In this document: piece after piece, positions 29,875 to 41,121 of the stretch
How positions within the stretch are numbered: position 1 is the stretch's first letter
How the letters are laid out: every line of letters starts with the position of its first letter
Sequence record: DRR723986_1328
DNA: 64,000 bases
Reading direction: 5' to 3' (one strand)
The notes under the pieces: generated by a model
What the model saw: only the letters and a program-made list of their open reading frames with translations
The model's database searches: none
Told to the model about the DNA's origin: nothing
Translations under genes and position numbers: made by a program

Positions 29875-29948
29875 CGCAAGATGGTGACGGGTTTGGGCAA
29901 AAAGTTTAAGCTCTTGAAAGAGCGCCAGACAGAGGATTTTTCAGGAAC

Positions 29949-30557
29949 ATGCCGATAACGCTGCTGGACGGACTGCTCTTGGTCATCATGTTCATCTCGG
30001 CGGTCCTTGCGATGATCCGCGGATTTGTCAGGGAAGTTCTTTCCATCGTTTCCTGGGTGGCTGCGGCAGCTGCGGCATTCCTGCTGTACGAACGGGTTCT
30101 TCCTTACACCAAGCAGTATATCAACCATGACCTGGTTGCCATGGGCGTATCTGCCGCGGCAGTCTTTCTGGTCACGCTGCTTGTTGTCAGCTATATCACC
30201 ATGCGGATTTCCGATTTCGTGCTCGACAGCCGGATCGGCGCCCTCGACCGGACCCTCGGGTTCGTGTTCGGAGCTGTGCGCGGTCTGCTGCTGGTCGTCG
30301 TCGCGATGATGTTCTTCAACTGGTTCGTCCAGCCGGAACAGCAGCCGAACTGGGTCAAGACCGCCAAGTCGCGGCCGATCCTGCTGTCTATCGGTGAACG
30401 GCTGGTGGCTGTGCTGCCAGAAGACCCGGAAAAGGCGATCCTGGACAAGATCCGGCAGAACAACCAGGCCGGAGGGGGAGCAACCCCGACTGATGAACCG
30501 GCCTACAGCGATTCAGAACGTCAGGGACTTGAACAGCTGACGACGGATAGTAACTAA
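29949..30557 (+). CDS. cvpA: CvpA (colicin V production) family membrane protein
   Basis: RGFVREVLS, LDRTLGFVFGAVRG; upstream of purF. Confidence 0.92.
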   Translation: MPITLLDGLLLVIMFISAVLAMIRGFVREVLSIVSWVAAAAAAFLLYERVLPYTKQYINHDLVAMGVSAAAVFLVTLLVVSYITMRISDFVLDSRIGALDRTLGFVFGAVRGLLLVVVAMMFFNWFVQPEQQPNWVKTAKSRPILLSIGERLVAVLPEDPEKAILDKIRQNNQAGGGATPTDEPAYSDSERQGLEQLTTDSN

Positions 30558-30778
30558 CAGGCCTTGGGCATAAACCAGGGACACTAACCGAGACTGGGGC
30601 AGTAACGGGCACCGCTTGAGGTGCAGCGTTGAATGAGGCATCCCGCGCCCAAATATGTGCGGGACGATGTACCATTTGCAAAGCGGCCAATGTTTCGTCC
30701 ACCTGAGTGACGATGACAGACTTTTGACCGCAAGACCCGGCCGGTCCTCCCACCGGCCAGAACGAAGGAGTGTTCGCC

Positions 30779-32251
30779 ATGGCTGGCGGAACCGACGTGC
30801 ACGAACCGTTCGACATCAATGCAGATACCTTGCGCGAAGAATGCGGTGTTTTCGGCATTCTGGGTCATGAGGATGCCAGCGCGCTGACCGCGCTCGGGCT
30901 TCATGCGCTCCAGCACCGCGGGCAGGAAGCAGCGGGGATCGTCACCGTTGACAACGAGCAGTTCCGTGCGGAACGCCATCTCGGGCTGGTGGGCGATCAC
31001 TTCTCCGACGCCGACACCATCGAGCGGCTGAGCGGAAAGGCCGCTGTCGGCCACGTTCGGTACTCGACGACCGGTGAAACCATCCTGCGGAACGTGCAGC
31101 CACTCTTTGCCGAGCTGGACGGTGGCGGCATTGCCGTTTGCCACAACGGCAACTTCACCAACGCCCTCACCCTGCGCCGCCAGTTGATCCGAGACGGAGC
31201 AATCTGCCAGTCGACCTCCGATTCAGAGGTGGTCCTGCAGCTCGTTGCCCGCTCGCGCAAGGGCAAGATCGTCGAACGTTTCATCGACGCGATCACCCAG
31301 ATGGAAGGTGCCTATTCTCTGGTGGCGCTGACTTCGAAGAAACTGATCGGCGCGCGTGACCCGCTCGGCATTCGCCCGCTGGTGCTGGGCGACCTGAACG
31401 GTGCTCCGATCCTGGCCTCGGAGACCTGTGCACTCGATATCATCGGGGCAAAATTCATCCGCGAAGTGGAAAACGGCGAAGTTATCGTCTGCACGTCAAC
31501 AGGGATTGAATCCTTCTTCCCGTTCGGCAAACGCCCGGCTCGTCCGTGTATCTTCGAATACATCTACTTCTCCCGCCCCGACAGCGTCGTCGGTGGTCGC
31601 AGCGTCTACGACGTCCGCCGGGAAATGGGGCGCCAGCTGGCCCGGGAATCCAACGTCGAAGCCGACGTCATCGTTCCGGTGCCGGACAGCGGTGTGCCGG
31701 CGGCCATCGGCTTCAGCCAGGAAAGCGGCGTGCCGTTCGAACTCGGCATCATCCGCAACCACTATGTCGGCCGCACGTTCATCGAACCGACCCAGCAGAT
31801 CCGTGCGCTTGGCGTGAAGATGAAACACTCCGCCAACCGGGCTCAGATCGAAGGCAAGCGCGTCGTGCTTGTGGACGACAGCCTTGTGCGCGGAACAACA
31901 TCGGTCAAGATCGTGCAGATGATCCGCGAAGCGGGCGCGAAGGAAGTTCACTTCCGCCTGGCCAGCCCGCCGATCAAGTATTCCGACTACTACGGCATCG
32001 ACACGCCGGTGCGTGAAAAACTGCTGGCTGCAAAATACGGTCTTGAGGAAATGCGCGCCTATATCGGTGCCGACAGCCTGGCCTTCCTGTCCGTCGATGG
32101 CATCTACAAGGCCATGGGCTACGATGGCCGCGACGATGCCAATCCGCAGTTCACGGATCATTGTTTCACCGGCGATTACCCGACACCGCTGACCGATCTT
32201 TCCGAGGATCAGGACTTCGTCAGCGCCCCTCGCCTGGTCGAGGTCGGCTAA
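30779..32251 (+). CDS. purF: Amidophosphoribosyltransferase
   Basis: EECGVFG, LQHRGQE, GHVRYST, CIFEYIYFSRPDS, VDDSLVRGTT. Confidence 0.97.
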   Translation: MAGGTDVHEPFDINADTLREECGVFGILGHEDASALTALGLHALQHRGQEAAGIVTVDNEQFRAERHLGLVGDHFSDADTIERLSGKAAVGHVRYSTTGETILRNVQPLFAELDGGGIAVCHNGNFTNALTLRRQLIRDGAICQSTSDSEVVLQLVARSRKGKIVERFIDAITQMEGAYSLVALTSKKLIGARDPLGIRPLVLGDLNGAPILASETCALDIIGAKFIREVENGEVIVCTSTGIESFFPFGKRPARPCIFEYIYFSRPDSVVGGRSVYDVRREMGRQLARESNVEADVIVPVPDSGVPAAIGFSQESGVPFELGIIRNHYVGRTFIEPTQQIRALGVKMKHSANRAQIEGKRVVLVDDSLVRGTTSVKIVQMIREAGAKEVHFRLASPPIKYSDYYGIDTPVREKLLAAKYGLEEMRAYIGADSLAFLSVDGIYKAMGYDGRDDANPQFTDHCFTGDYPTPLTDLSEDQDFVSAPRLVEVG

Positions 32252-32284
32252 AGCGCTCAAAACTCTTTGGACCGCTTCAATTTA

Positions 32285-32312
32285 TGCCTTTCGGCGGTAC
32301 CGCCGGAGGGCA
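32285..32312 (+). terminator. Palindromic hairpin after purF
   Basis: TGCCTTTCGGCGGTACCGCCGGAGGGCA. Confidence 0.4.
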
Positions 32313-32333
32313 AATTGATCTAAGAGATCACGC

Positions 32334-33062
32334 ATGATCAAAGACTTTGAAGGCCGGGTCGCTCTCGTCACCGGCGCCTCCCGCGGAATCGGCTATCAGA
32401 TCGCAAAGCAGCTCGGCGAACGTGGTGCACATGTCATTGCGCTTGCTCGGACTGTCGGCGGCCTGGAAGACCTCGATGACGAGATCCGCTCCGCAGGCGG
32501 GGAAACAACGCTCGTCCCGCTTGACCTGACCGACTTCGACGCGCTCGACCGGCTTGGCGCCGCGATCTACGAACGCTGGAAGAAGCTCGATATCTTCGTT
32601 GCCAATGCCGGCATGCTGGGTGTTCTGTCGCCGATCGGCCACATCAGCCCGAAGGACTTCGAGAAAGTGACGACGGTGAATGTCGTTGCCAACTGGCGGC
32701 TGATCCGCTCTCTGGACCCGCTCCTGCGCCAGTCGGACGCGGGCCGTGCACTGTTCCTGTCTTCCGTTCATGCAAGCACCTGCACACCCTTCTGGGGCCT
32801 ACAGTCCATCAGCAAGGCTTCCGTTGAAGCCATGGCACGGACCTGGGCGAATGAAAGCCTGCAGACGAAGATGAAGATCAACCTGGCCGACCCGGGCCCT
32901 ACCCGCACAGGGCTGCGCGCCAAGGCAATGCCGGGCGAGCTTGCCACCAACCTTCCGACGCCGGATGATGTTGCGGCAGATCTTCTGCCCTTGCTGATGC
33001 CGGACGTTCTGGAAACCGGCCGCCTGTACGACCGCGTCAGCGGAGAATGGATTCAGCCCTAA
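32334..33062 (+). CDS. Short-chain dehydrogenase/reductase, YciK-like
   Basis: TGASRGIG, ANAG, DPGPTRT; the YxxxK position reads QSISK. Confidence 0.85.
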   Translation: MIKDFEGRVALVTGASRGIGYQIAKQLGERGAHVIALARTVGGLEDLDDEIRSAGGETTLVPLDLTDFDALDRLGAAIYERWKKLDIFVANAGMLGVLSPIGHISPKDFEKVTTVNVVANWRLIRSLDPLLRQSDAGRALFLSSVHASTCTPFWGLQSISKASVEAMARTWANESLQTKMKINLADPGPTRTGLRAKAMPGELATNLPTPDDVAADLLPLLMPDVLETGRLYDRVSGEWIQP

Positions 33063-33154
33063 GGCGGATCCTGCTGGGCTGATCCAATCAACGGTTGCAT
33101 AGCCCGTTCATTCGCTTTACGCCTTCCGGTTGATGATCGGAAGGGAAGAATGCC

Positions 33155-33769
33155 ATGCGGTCAGATATCAGTGTCATCGCCTGGGATTTCGACGGCGTTC
33201 TAAACCGCAATGTCGTCGACGGCAGGTTCATCTGGGCCGACACGCTGGAGAGCGACCTCGGCATCGCGCTCGATGCATTCGAACGCGGCGTCTTCGATGC
33301 CTCCTTCCTGCAAGTCATCTCCGGGAAACGGGACATAAAAACTCACCTGCAAGACTGGCTTGACCGGTGCGGCTACCTCCTGGATGCGAGAGAACTTCTC
33401 GACTACTGGTTTGCCAAGGATGATCTGCGGGATCCCTTCACCTGCAGCCTGCTTGAACATCTGACAAGTCATGACGTCGTTCAAGTGATAGCGACGAACA
33501 ATGAAGATCGCCGCTGCAGCTACATTGAGCACCAGTCCGGCTTCGGCTCGCTCGTCAGCCAGATTTTCTCTTCCGGCCGCATCAAGTCAGCCAAGCCGGA
33601 CACCGCGTTCTTCGCCCATGTCAGCGACACTCTCAAGGTTGCCCCGTCCGAGATCTTGCCGATCGACGACAGCGCCACAAACGTTCGCGTAGCGAAGGCG
33701 CTTGGCTGGAAGGGCTTTCATTTTACCGAGAAGACCCGCCTGGAACTTGCTTCCTTTCTGGAACTTTGA
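33155..33769 (+). CDS. HAD-IA family hydrolase
   Basis: WDFDGVL, ATNN, KPD, IDDSATNV. Confidence 0.88.
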   Translation: MRSDISVIAWDFDGVLNRNVVDGRFIWADTLESDLGIALDAFERGVFDASFLQVISGKRDIKTHLQDWLDRCGYLLDARELLDYWFAKDDLRDPFTCSLLEHLTSHDVVQVIATNNEDRRCSYIEHQSGFGSLVSQIFSSGRIKSAKPDTAFFAHVSDTLKVAPSEILPIDDSATNVRVAKALGWKGFHFTEKTRLELASFLEL

Positions 33770-33816
33770 AAGCATGCAGGGTATCCAGCGGCGGTCGCTG
33801 CAGAGGAGCCAGGAAG

Positions 33817-34188
33817 ATGAAACTCGGCGCATTCTCGGTCAGTCTGGCCGTCAAGGATCTCGAAAAATCGAAGGCGTTCTACGAAGGACTTGGCTTCGTG
33901 GATATCGGCATCTCGGACGCGGACAACTGGTCGGTCCTGAAGAACGGCGATACCATCATCGGGCTGTTTCAGGGCATGTTCGTCAAGAACATACTCACCT
34001 TCAATCCCGGCTGGGACCAGGATGCCAGGACACTGGAAGATTTTCAGGATGTGCGGGACATACAAAAGGTGCTGAAGGCGAAGGGATACACATTCGTATC
34101 CGAAGCTGACGAGGCCGGCAGTGGTCGGGCCAGCTTCATGCTGGTCGACCCGGATGGAAACCCGGTTCTCGTCGACCAGCATGTGTGA
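33817..34188 (+). CDS. VOC/glyoxalase family protein
   Basis: FSVSLAVKDLEKSKAFYEGLGF, NILTFNPGW, DPDGNPVLVDQH. Confidence 0.9.
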   Translation: MKLGAFSVSLAVKDLEKSKAFYEGLGFVDIGISDADNWSVLKNGDTIIGLFQGMFVKNILTFNPGWDQDARTLEDFQDVRDIQKVLKAKGYTFVSEADEAGSGRASFMLVDPDGNPVLVDQHV

Positions 34189-34194
34189 GGCTGA

Positions 34195-34992
34195 TTAAGC
34201 AGCTTCGAAAGGCGCAAAGGAACTTTCGGCGATTTCCTTCAGATCGGCAAAGACGCCGGGAGCGCCAACAACGACACGTGCGCCGTCGTAAAGGGACTGG
34301 TTGATGTCCTGTTCCAGAACTTCACCACCGGCTTCCTTGGTGATCAGCATGCCTGCAAGGCAGTCCCAGGCATTCATGTGGGATTCTACATAGCCGATAA
34401 GACGCCCGGAAGCCGCGTAGGCAAGCATCAGACCGCCCGAGGCGTTGCGGAAGAACACACCGCCCTTGGAGACCAGGGCACCGACGACGTTGACCGCATC
34501 CGTAACGGCAGTGCGGCCATTGAAACCAACACCGACTGAACCGTGAGAGAGGCTTTCGCTGTCGGAGGCACGGATCGGCTTGCCATTGAGGAACGCACCG
34601 TGACCGGCGGCAGCCTTGAAGGTTTCCTTGGACACCGGATCATGGATCACACCGACAATCACCTGGCCCTGATAAACGCAGGAGATGATGACGCACCACT
34701 GCGGAATGCCGGCAACGAAATTTGCCGTACCGTCGATCGGGTCGGTAACCCAGGTGTAGCCCGAAGACCCTTCTTCCATGCCATGCTCTTCGCCCAGGAT
34801 ACCATCGTCCGGATAGCTCTTTGCGAGTTCCGCGCGGATGAGCGTTTCCACATTGCGGTCCGCTTCCGAGACGAGGTCCTGATGCCCCTTCTGCGTAATC
34901 GTCAGCGTGTCCAGCTTGTGAAAATAGTCGAGACCGAGCTCGCCAGCCTTTTCGGCAAGGGCAACGGCGAATTCCAGCCGGTCGATGGACAT
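34195..34992 (-). CDS. Inositol monophosphatase family protein
   Basis: DLVSEAD, ILGEE, DPIDGTANF, WDCLAG...EAGG. Confidence 0.92.
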   Translation of the reverse strand: MSIDRLEFAVALAEKAGELGLDYFHKLDTLTITQKGHQDLVSEADRNVETLIRAELAKSYPDDGILGEEHGMEEGSSGYTWVTDPIDGTANFVAGIPQWCVIISCVYQGQVIVGVIHDPVSKETFKAAAGHGAFLNGKPIRASDSESLSHGSVGVGFNGRTAVTDAVNVVGALVSKGGVFFRNASGGLMLAYAASGRLIGYVESHMNAWDCLAGMLITKEAGGEVLEQDINQSLYDGARVVVGAPGVFADLKEIAESSFAPFEAA

Positions 34993-35099
34993 GGTTCAAA
35001 CTCCCTTAAGTGTCGATAGCGCGGCGGAAAGCTGCTTTCCCGCCAGGAAAGAAGAATACTGGCTGGCAGCCTGGCAAAATGGCAGGCTGCCCTCCCCAC

Positions 35100-36521
35100 T
35101 CAGCCCCGTTTTCTCTTCGGGGCGTAAGGGTTTTCGCCTTTGCGGTAGGACAGGCGAATGGGAGTTCCGTGTATGTTGAAGGTCTGGCGCAGCGAGTTGA
35201 CCAGATAGCGCGTGTAGCTTTCCGGCAATTGTTCGGGACGCGAACAAAAAACCACGAAATGTGGCGGCCGCGTCTTGGGCTGGGTCATGTAACGCAGGCG
35301 CACCCGGCGTCCGGCAACTGCGGGGGGCGGATGGTTCGCGGTGACCTTGTCCAGCCAACGGTTCAGCTTGGCGGTCGAGACACGCGAGTTCCAGGCCTCG
35401 TAGGCGGTAAAGACGCTTTCGATCAGGCGATCGACGCCCTGCCCTTGCTGGCCGGACAAAGTCGCGATCTGAACACCGCGGATCTGGTTGAAATACCGCT
35501 CGTTGGCATCCTTGATTTTCTTCCAGGCTTCTTCCCGGTCTTCGATCAGGTCCCACTTGTTGATCGCGATCACCAGCGCGCGGCCTTCGCGCGCAACCAG
35601 ATCGATGATCTGCAGGTCCTGCTTCTCGAAGGACATGGTGGCGTCCAGCGTGACAACGACCACTTCGGCGAACTTGATCGCACGCAGAGCGTCAGCCACG
35701 GAAAGCTTTTCGAGCTTTTCCTGAACGCGCGCCTTTTTCCGGATACCGGCCGTATCGAACAGCTTGATATGCCTGTCGCGCCAGACCCAGTCTACCGAGA
35801 TGGAATCGCGCGTGATGCCTGCTTCCGGGCCGGTCAGCATGCGGTCTTCGCCCAGCATGCGGTTGATCAGCGTCGACTTGCCCGCATTCGGGCGGCCGAC
35901 GATGGCAACACGCAGCGGTCTTTCAATGGTGCCGACCGGCTCTTCGTCCTCGACGAATTCACCGTCCTCGTCGACATCCACGTTGGTGATCGCCTCTTCG
36001 CGCTTCGCCTCTTCTTCTTCCGTGACCCGGTCGACATGAGGTTTCAGAGCATCATAGAGATCAGCAAGCCCTTCGCCGTGTTCAGCGGAGATTGCAATCG
36101 GATCACCAAGACCAAGCGAATAGGACTCGTAAAGTCCGCTCTCTCCGGCCCTGCCTTCCGCCTTGTTGGCCAGCAGGATCACCGGACGGGTGGTCTTGCG
36201 TGCGACTTCGGCAAAATGGGCATCAAGCGGCGTTACACCGGCACGAGCGTCAATCACGAACAGAACCGCGTCGGCGGTTTCGATCGCCTCCTCGGTCTGC
36301 CGGCGCATGCGGCCCTCAAGGGATTCCTTGTCCGCATCTTCGAGACCAGCGGTGTCGATGATCGTAAAGCGCAAGTCGCCCAAACGGGCATCGCCCGGCC
36401 GCCGGTCTCGCGTCACACCAGGTGTGTCGTCTACCAGCGCCAGGCGCTTGCCCACAAGGCGATTGAACAGGGTGGACTTGCCGACATTCGGCCGTCCGAT
36501 AATGGCGACAGTAGCGCCCAC
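35100..36521 (-). CDS. der: Ribosome biogenesis GTPase Der (EngA)
   Basis: Two G domains: [17 protein letters not shown] and [17 protein letters not shown]. Confidence 0.97.
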   Translation of the reverse strand: MGATVAIIGRPNVGKSTLFNRLVGKRLALVDDTPGVTRDRRPGDARLGDLRFTIIDTAGLEDADKESLEGRMRRQTEEAIETADAVLFVIDARAGVTPLDAHFAEVARKTTRPVILLANKAEGRAGESGLYESYSLGLGDPIAISAEHGEGLADLYDALKPHVDRVTEEEEAKREEAITNVDVDEDGEFVEDEEPVGTIERPLRVAIVGRPNAGKSTLINRMLGEDRMLTGPEAGITRDSISVDWVWRDRHIKLFDTAGIRKKARVQEKLEKLSVADALRAIKFAEVVVVTLDATMSFEKQDLQIIDLVAREGRALVIAINKWDLIEDREEAWKKIKDANERYFNQIRGVQIATLSGQQGQGVDRLIESVFTAYEAWNSRVSTAKLNRWLDKVTANHPPPAVAGRRVRLRYMTQPKTRPPHFVVFCSRPEQLPESYTRYLVNSLRQTFNIHGTPIRLSYRKGENPYAPKRKRG

Positions 36522-36568
36522 AGCAAATTCTCCTGATAGGCGGGCCTCTTCGGGCCCTGCCTCAAATG

Positions 36569-37921
36569 CTAGTTGAAGGCAGCGACGCCGTCATTGCCTG
36601 TCAGCACGATAATCCGGCCTCCGGCGACGATCGGTGTCACATAGACATCCGTATTGGTCCGCTGCGTCAACATGGTTTTTCCAGAAGCGGCATCCACGAT
36701 TGCGATCTGACCGTCGCTGGAAAAGGCAACCAGTGCCCCATTCGCCAGGATCGGGCCAGCCCAATTGCGGCGCTTCTTCTTCTTTTCCGGACGCGGCAAG
36801 GCCGTTGCCCAGAGGGTTTCCCCGTTTTTCAGATTGAGGGCGACCATACGGTCGTCGAGATCAACCATGAACAACGCGCTGCCGGAAACTACCGGCGTAT
36901 GCACGCTGCCGAGATCCTGTTCCCAGCGACGCTGGCCGGTGCGGGCATCCACCGCAACCGTGCGGCCGGCAACACCAGTGGCATAAACCGTACTGCCGGA
37001 GACAACCGGGCTCGCCGAAACGTCCGCGAGACCTGACAGGGCAAGTGTCCTGAAGCCGCGCGACACGCCATCGATCCAGGCCGGTTCACCCGACTTGATG
37101 TCGATTGCCATGATTTCACCGGAGGAGAACGGCACGATGACACGGTTGCCGGAAATGGCCGGATTGGCCGCAGACAACAGACCAGCGGTTTCCTCGATAC
37201 CTGCATAAGTCCAGGCAACGCTGCCGTCAGACTGCTTCAGGGCATAGACTTCGTTGGACTGGGATACAACGATGACATGACCGGCACCGGCAACAGGCGC
37301 ACCACGAGCCGGCGTGTCGATGTCGACTTTCCAGATTTCCCGGCCGGAGCCGGCTTCAAGAGCCGCCACCTGACGATAGCTGGTGGCTGCGTAGACAACG
37401 CCGCCTTCAACGGCGACACCACCACCAGGACCCACATCCCTTTCGCCTTCCGGACGCAGGTTCTGGGTCCACTGGCGTCCACCGCCCGTCGACAACGCTA
37501 CGACTTCGCCATTCGGCTTGTAGACGTAAATACGGCTGCCATCGCTGACCGGACGGGAAGACACCCGAAGTGCGGATGTTGTCAGCCCGCCGCCGGACGA
37601 GCCGACCTGAGCGCGCCAGGCACGATTGCCGGAGACGGATATGGCGACGTTGCCCGGATCGTTGGTCAGGCCACCACCGGCTGTTGACCAGGACTGCCCG
37701 CCTGTCGCAGAACCGACCTTTGCTGCCTGGCCAAGCGCTTCGGCTGCCGGATCAGCGCCGTCGAACACGGGCTGGCGCTCACCCTTGAGGATTTTCTCGC
37801 GAGCAAACGGGTTTATGTTCTCGGTAAATTCGCTGACCGACCCGCAACCGGTGAGGACGAGCGAAAGCGCAATGGCACCAAAAACACCGCGTCTGCGGAA
37901 AGAAACGGTTACAAAACTCAC
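36569..37921 (-). CDS. bamB: PQQ-like beta-propeller lipoprotein, BamB-like
   Basis: Lipobox LTGC; repeated A...G...W propeller motifs; yfgM-bamB-der synteny. Confidence 0.75.
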   Translation of the reverse strand: MSFVTVSFRRRGVFGAIALSLVLTGCGSVSEFTENINPFAREKILKGERQPVFDGADPAAEALGQAAKVGSATGGQSWSTAGGGLTNDPGNVAISVSGNRAWRAQVGSSGGGLTTSALRVSSRPVSDGSRIYVYKPNGEVVALSTGGGRQWTQNLRPEGERDVGPGGGVAVEGGVVYAATSYRQVAALEAGSGREIWKVDIDTPARGAPVAGAGHVIVVSQSNEVYALKQSDGSVAWTYAGIEETAGLLSAANPAISGNRVIVPFSSGEIMAIDIKSGEPAWIDGVSRGFRTLALSGLADVSASPVVSGSTVYATGVAGRTVAVDARTGQRRWEQDLGSVHTPVVSGSALFMVDLDDRMVALNLKNGETLWATALPRPEKKKKRRNWAGPILANGALVAFSSDGQIAIVDAASGKTMLTQRTNTDVYVTPIVAGGRIIVLTGNDGVAAFN

Positions 37922-38601
37922 TGGTTGTTTCCTTCACTGTCCGCCTTGGCTTCGCCGTTGCTGGACCGGATCACGTCACTCAGGATCGACACGCGGCGGC
38001 TCACGTCTGCCGGTGTTTCCGCGTCGTCTTCAAGAGCGGAAATCCACTGACGGGCTGTTTCAATATCGCCGGCTTTCCATGCACTTAGAGCAAGAAGTTC
38101 GCGTGCAGCTGCACGGAACGGACCGGTATCACCGGTCAGCTTCTCGACCCGGTCGGCAATATCGCCGTAGCCTTGGGTGTCGACGGCAAGATAAGCAGCA
38201 CGCAGCGCTGCAACATCACGCAGAGCATCCATGATGCTGGTATCGCGCGACAAGGCATCGAATTCGGCCAGGGCTTCTTCAGTCTTGCCGGAATTGGAAA
38301 GATCGGTTGCCTGGCGCAGTTTCGCCAAGGCCGGGTATCCGCCAAGGGCATTGTCCAGTTCACCGTAAAGAGCTGCTGCTTCTTCGTAGTTCTGGGCTTC
38401 GGAAAGCCGCACGGCTTCAAAGAACGTGTCACCGGCGCTCTGGGACTGCTGTTCCTGCCAGTAGAGCCAGCCGCGATAGCCGCCGGTTCCGACAATGATC
38501 AAGACCGCAACGCCAAGCACCCACGGACCGAAGCGGTCCCAAAGCCGACGGTATTTTTCCTGGCGGATATCTTCATCGACTTCACGAAAAATGTCAGACA
38601 T
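37918..38601 (-). CDS. yfgM: YfgM/TPR_21-like ancillary SecYEG protein
   Basis: MSDIFREVDEDIR, single TM, helical repeats; synteny. Confidence 0.8.
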   Translation of the reverse strand: MSDIFREVDEDIRQEKYRRLWDRFGPWVLGVAVLIIVGTGGYRGWLYWQEQQSQSAGDTFFEAVRLSEAQNYEEAAALYGELDNALGGYPALAKLRQATDLSNSGKTEEALAEFDALSRDTSIMDALRDVAALRAAYLAVDTQGYGDIADRVEKLTGDTGPFRAAARELLALSAWKAGDIETARQWISALEDDAETPADVSRRVSILSDVIRSSNGEAKADSEGNNQ

Positions 38602-38802
38602 GCGTGTCTATTTCCTGCATTCACTTCTTCGGCCCGGCACGTCTGCCCGGGCACGGCCCCTTCATGAGTGGCGCACATTATCCACTTGATCCGGCTCGGG
38701 CAATTCCCTGAAGGGGCTTAAATCGGTCCTTCATGGCGCAAGTGGGGCAATCCGGCACGGAATGCCGGATTTCTAACGTAATTTCAAGCTCCGCGACCGC
38801 TA

Positions 38803-39387
38803 TCAGGCCACCGGAACGCCGATCAACAAGGTGTGCAGCTTCCACGCGAACAGTCCGTAGAGAACCAAGCCCAACAGAATCACCACAAAATCGGAGTATT
38901 TTCCGGGCTTGGCCGTTGCCAGTGCACCTATCTGCCCTGCGCCGGGCCCGCGGCGCTTGACCGAAATCCGGTCTGCCACTGCCCAGGCGAGAAAACCGCC
39001 AAACAAAAGCACCGAAGCCAGATCGCCATTTGCCAGAAGGTGAGCCAATGCCCACAGCTTTACGGCTACCAGCATCGGATGTTTCAGGACTGTCTTGATC
39101 CGCGACGGCACATAGGCAGCAACAAGGAAAATGAAAACAGGAACCATGAACAGCATGGTGACGTGGCGCAGCCAGAACGGCGGATCGTACAGCACCGGCG
39201 GGCCTTCAAAACGGGCCACGCCGTAACCGTAAACGATCAGCCCCAGACCGACGAACGACAAGAGCGTATACAGCCCCTTGTACGGTGTTTCGCCGAGCCT
39301 TGAGACCAGCCCATTGCGCGTTGCCGGAAACATCGGCAACGTGTGAATTCCCAAAAACAGCACAAGGCCGGCGATCAACAAGGCCAT
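38803..39387 (-). CDS. NnrU-family membrane protein
   Basis: GLVLFLGIH, KHPMLVAVKLWALAHLLANG, HTLLIGV. Confidence 0.85.
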   Translation of the reverse strand: MALLIAGLVLFLGIHTLPMFPATRNGLVSRLGETPYKGLYTLLSFVGLGLIVYGYGVARFEGPPVLYDPPFWLRHVTMLFMVPVFIFLVAAYVPSRIKTVLKHPMLVAVKLWALAHLLANGDLASVLLFGGFLAWAVADRISVKRRGPGAGQIGALATAKPGKYSDFVVILLGLVLYGLFAWKLHTLLIGVPVA

Positions 39388-39487
39388 TCCCGCTCTCCCT
39401 CTTTTGCCCGCAAGCGGCCGGGTGCCCTCAGACCCGGACATCCCTTGCGGCGAAGATAGGTGGCTGGCGTTGCACCTGCAACCAGCT

Positions 39488-40627
39488 TCAGACGAGCAAT
39501 TTGACTGCCTCAGCGGCAGCAAGCGCCTGTGGACGGCTGGCCTGGTGTTCGATTTCGACGAACGTTCCCGTTTCGGCGGATTTCAAAATCGACACCATGA
39601 CATCGACCGCATGCAAGGCCCGTTCGAGCGAACAGCGGAACTCGGTATCGTCTCCACTCAGGATCGACTGGGCCATGTCTGCCAGGCCGGCAGCGCGGTA
39701 GTTCGCACGCGGCAGGCCGTTGTCATCGACATTCGCCAAACCGAACGGGTGCATCGCATCGTCTAGTGCTTTTGTCGTTCCATCTTCAGTGACCAGGCTT
39801 ACGTCTCCGCCGAAATAGTTCGGGTCGGCCAGAAAAAGTGTTCCCCGGGTGCCGTAAAGCTCCATAGGCTGGTGCCTGTGTGCCCAGACGTCCCAGCTCG
39901 CCGTCAGCGTTACTTTTGCACCGGACAGGAACTCGAGAATCGCATGGATCGTGGTTGGGGTGGTGACATCGATCTTTTCACCATTTCGAGTGCCGCTCCC
40001 GATCGTCCGGGTCTTGAACGGCATGGCTGACATGGCGCACACACGCTTTACCGGGCCGATAAGATTGAGCAGAGCGGCAATGTAGTAAGGTCCGAGGTCG
40101 AGAACAGGCCCCCCTCCCGGCTTGAAGAAGAAGTCCGGGTTGGGATGCCAATGCTCCATGCCGTGACTCATGACATGGCACGTGCCGCCAACGATTTCTC
40201 CGATCAGTCCTTCGTCAACTGCCTTGCGGGCAATCTGATGTGCCCCGCCCAGAAACGTATCCGGTGCGCACCCGACCCTCAGATGTTTTTTGCGTGCAAA
40301 ATCGGCCAGCGCCTGCCCGTCCCTGATCGACAGAGCCAGAGGTTTTTCCGAGTAGACATGCTTCCCGTGCGCCAGGATTTCATGGGAAACGAGATAATGG
40401 GCATCGGGAACAGTCAGATTGACGATCAGATCGACATCATCCGCCAGAAGCAAGTCGTGCACGGTGAGCGCGCGCACGCCGTATTCGGATGCGCGCTCTT
40501 CCGCAGCATGACGGTTCAGATCCGCACAGGCCCTGATTTCAAGGCCATTGAACTTTGGCGCCAGATCAAAATAGGTCTTTGAGATAGTGCCGCATCCGAT
40601 GATGCCGATGCCCAGTTTGTCTGTCAT
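39488..40627 (-). CDS. Gfo/Idh/MocA family oxidoreductase
   Basis: GIIGCGTIS, HVYSEKP, APDTFLG, GGPVLDLGPYY. Confidence 0.92.
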   Translation of the reverse strand: MTDKLGIGIIGCGTISKTYFDLAPKFNGLEIRACADLNRHAAEERASEYGVRALTVHDLLLADDVDLIVNLTVPDAHYLVSHEILAHGKHVYSEKPLALSIRDGQALADFARKKHLRVGCAPDTFLGGAHQIARKAVDEGLIGEIVGGTCHVMSHGMEHWHPNPDFFFKPGGGPVLDLGPYYIAALLNLIGPVKRVCAMSAMPFKTRTIGSGTRNGEKIDVTTPTTIHAILEFLSGAKVTLTASWDVWAHRHQPMELYGTRGTLFLADPNYFGGDVSLVTEDGTTKALDDAMHPFGLANVDDNGLPRANYRAAGLADMAQSILSGDDTEFRCSLERALHAVDVMVSILKSAETGTFVEIEHQASRPQALAAAEAVKLLV

Positions 40628-40713
40628 GAACCTCTCCGCGGATTCGATGCAGACATCCTAGAACAAAGACAGTGTCTCGGAAATCAAATGGATGCCGGGA
40701 AACGCCGCCAGGG

Positions 40714-41121
40714 TTACATCGGCATGGTGCACTGCCGGCAGGTGCCGCGCAGTTCGATGGTGGTCCGGGACAACTGGAAGCCTTCGCTCTGCGTCCATTC
40801 CCTCAGGAGGGAAATGGCCTTGTCCGGCGTGAACTCGCTGACGACACCACATTTTTCACAGATGGCGAAGGCAGCCGTGCCATGGCCGGAGCAGCCCTTG
40901 TGGGAACAGGCCACAAAGGCATTGAGACTTTCCAGACGGTGGACCATTCCGTATTCCACCAGCTTGTCGAGAGCCCGGTATACCTGCAACGGCGCACGGA
41001 AACCGCTGTCTCGCAACAGATCGAGAATCGCATAGGCCGTCAAAGGTCCACCCGCGTCCGACAACGAGCCGAACACCAGGGCCTGGTTCTTGGTCAGTTC
41101 GGGATGTGTCTCAACGCTCAC
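40714..41121 (-). CDS. zur: Zinc uptake regulator (Fur family)
   Basis: LTKNQALV, APLQVYRAL, HRLESLNAFVAC, CEKC and CRQC; follows znuB. Confidence 0.9.
   Translation of the reverse strand: MSVETHPELTKNQALVFGSLSDAGGPLTAYAILDLLRDSGFRAPLQVYRALDKLVEYGMVHRLESLNAFVACSHKGCSGHGTAAFAICEKCGVVSEFTPDKAISLLREWTQSEGFQLSRTTIELRGTCRQCTMPM

Noticed and set aside
35010-36536. 508-aa ORF antisense to der
   Set aside because: Shadow ORF mirroring der almost exactly
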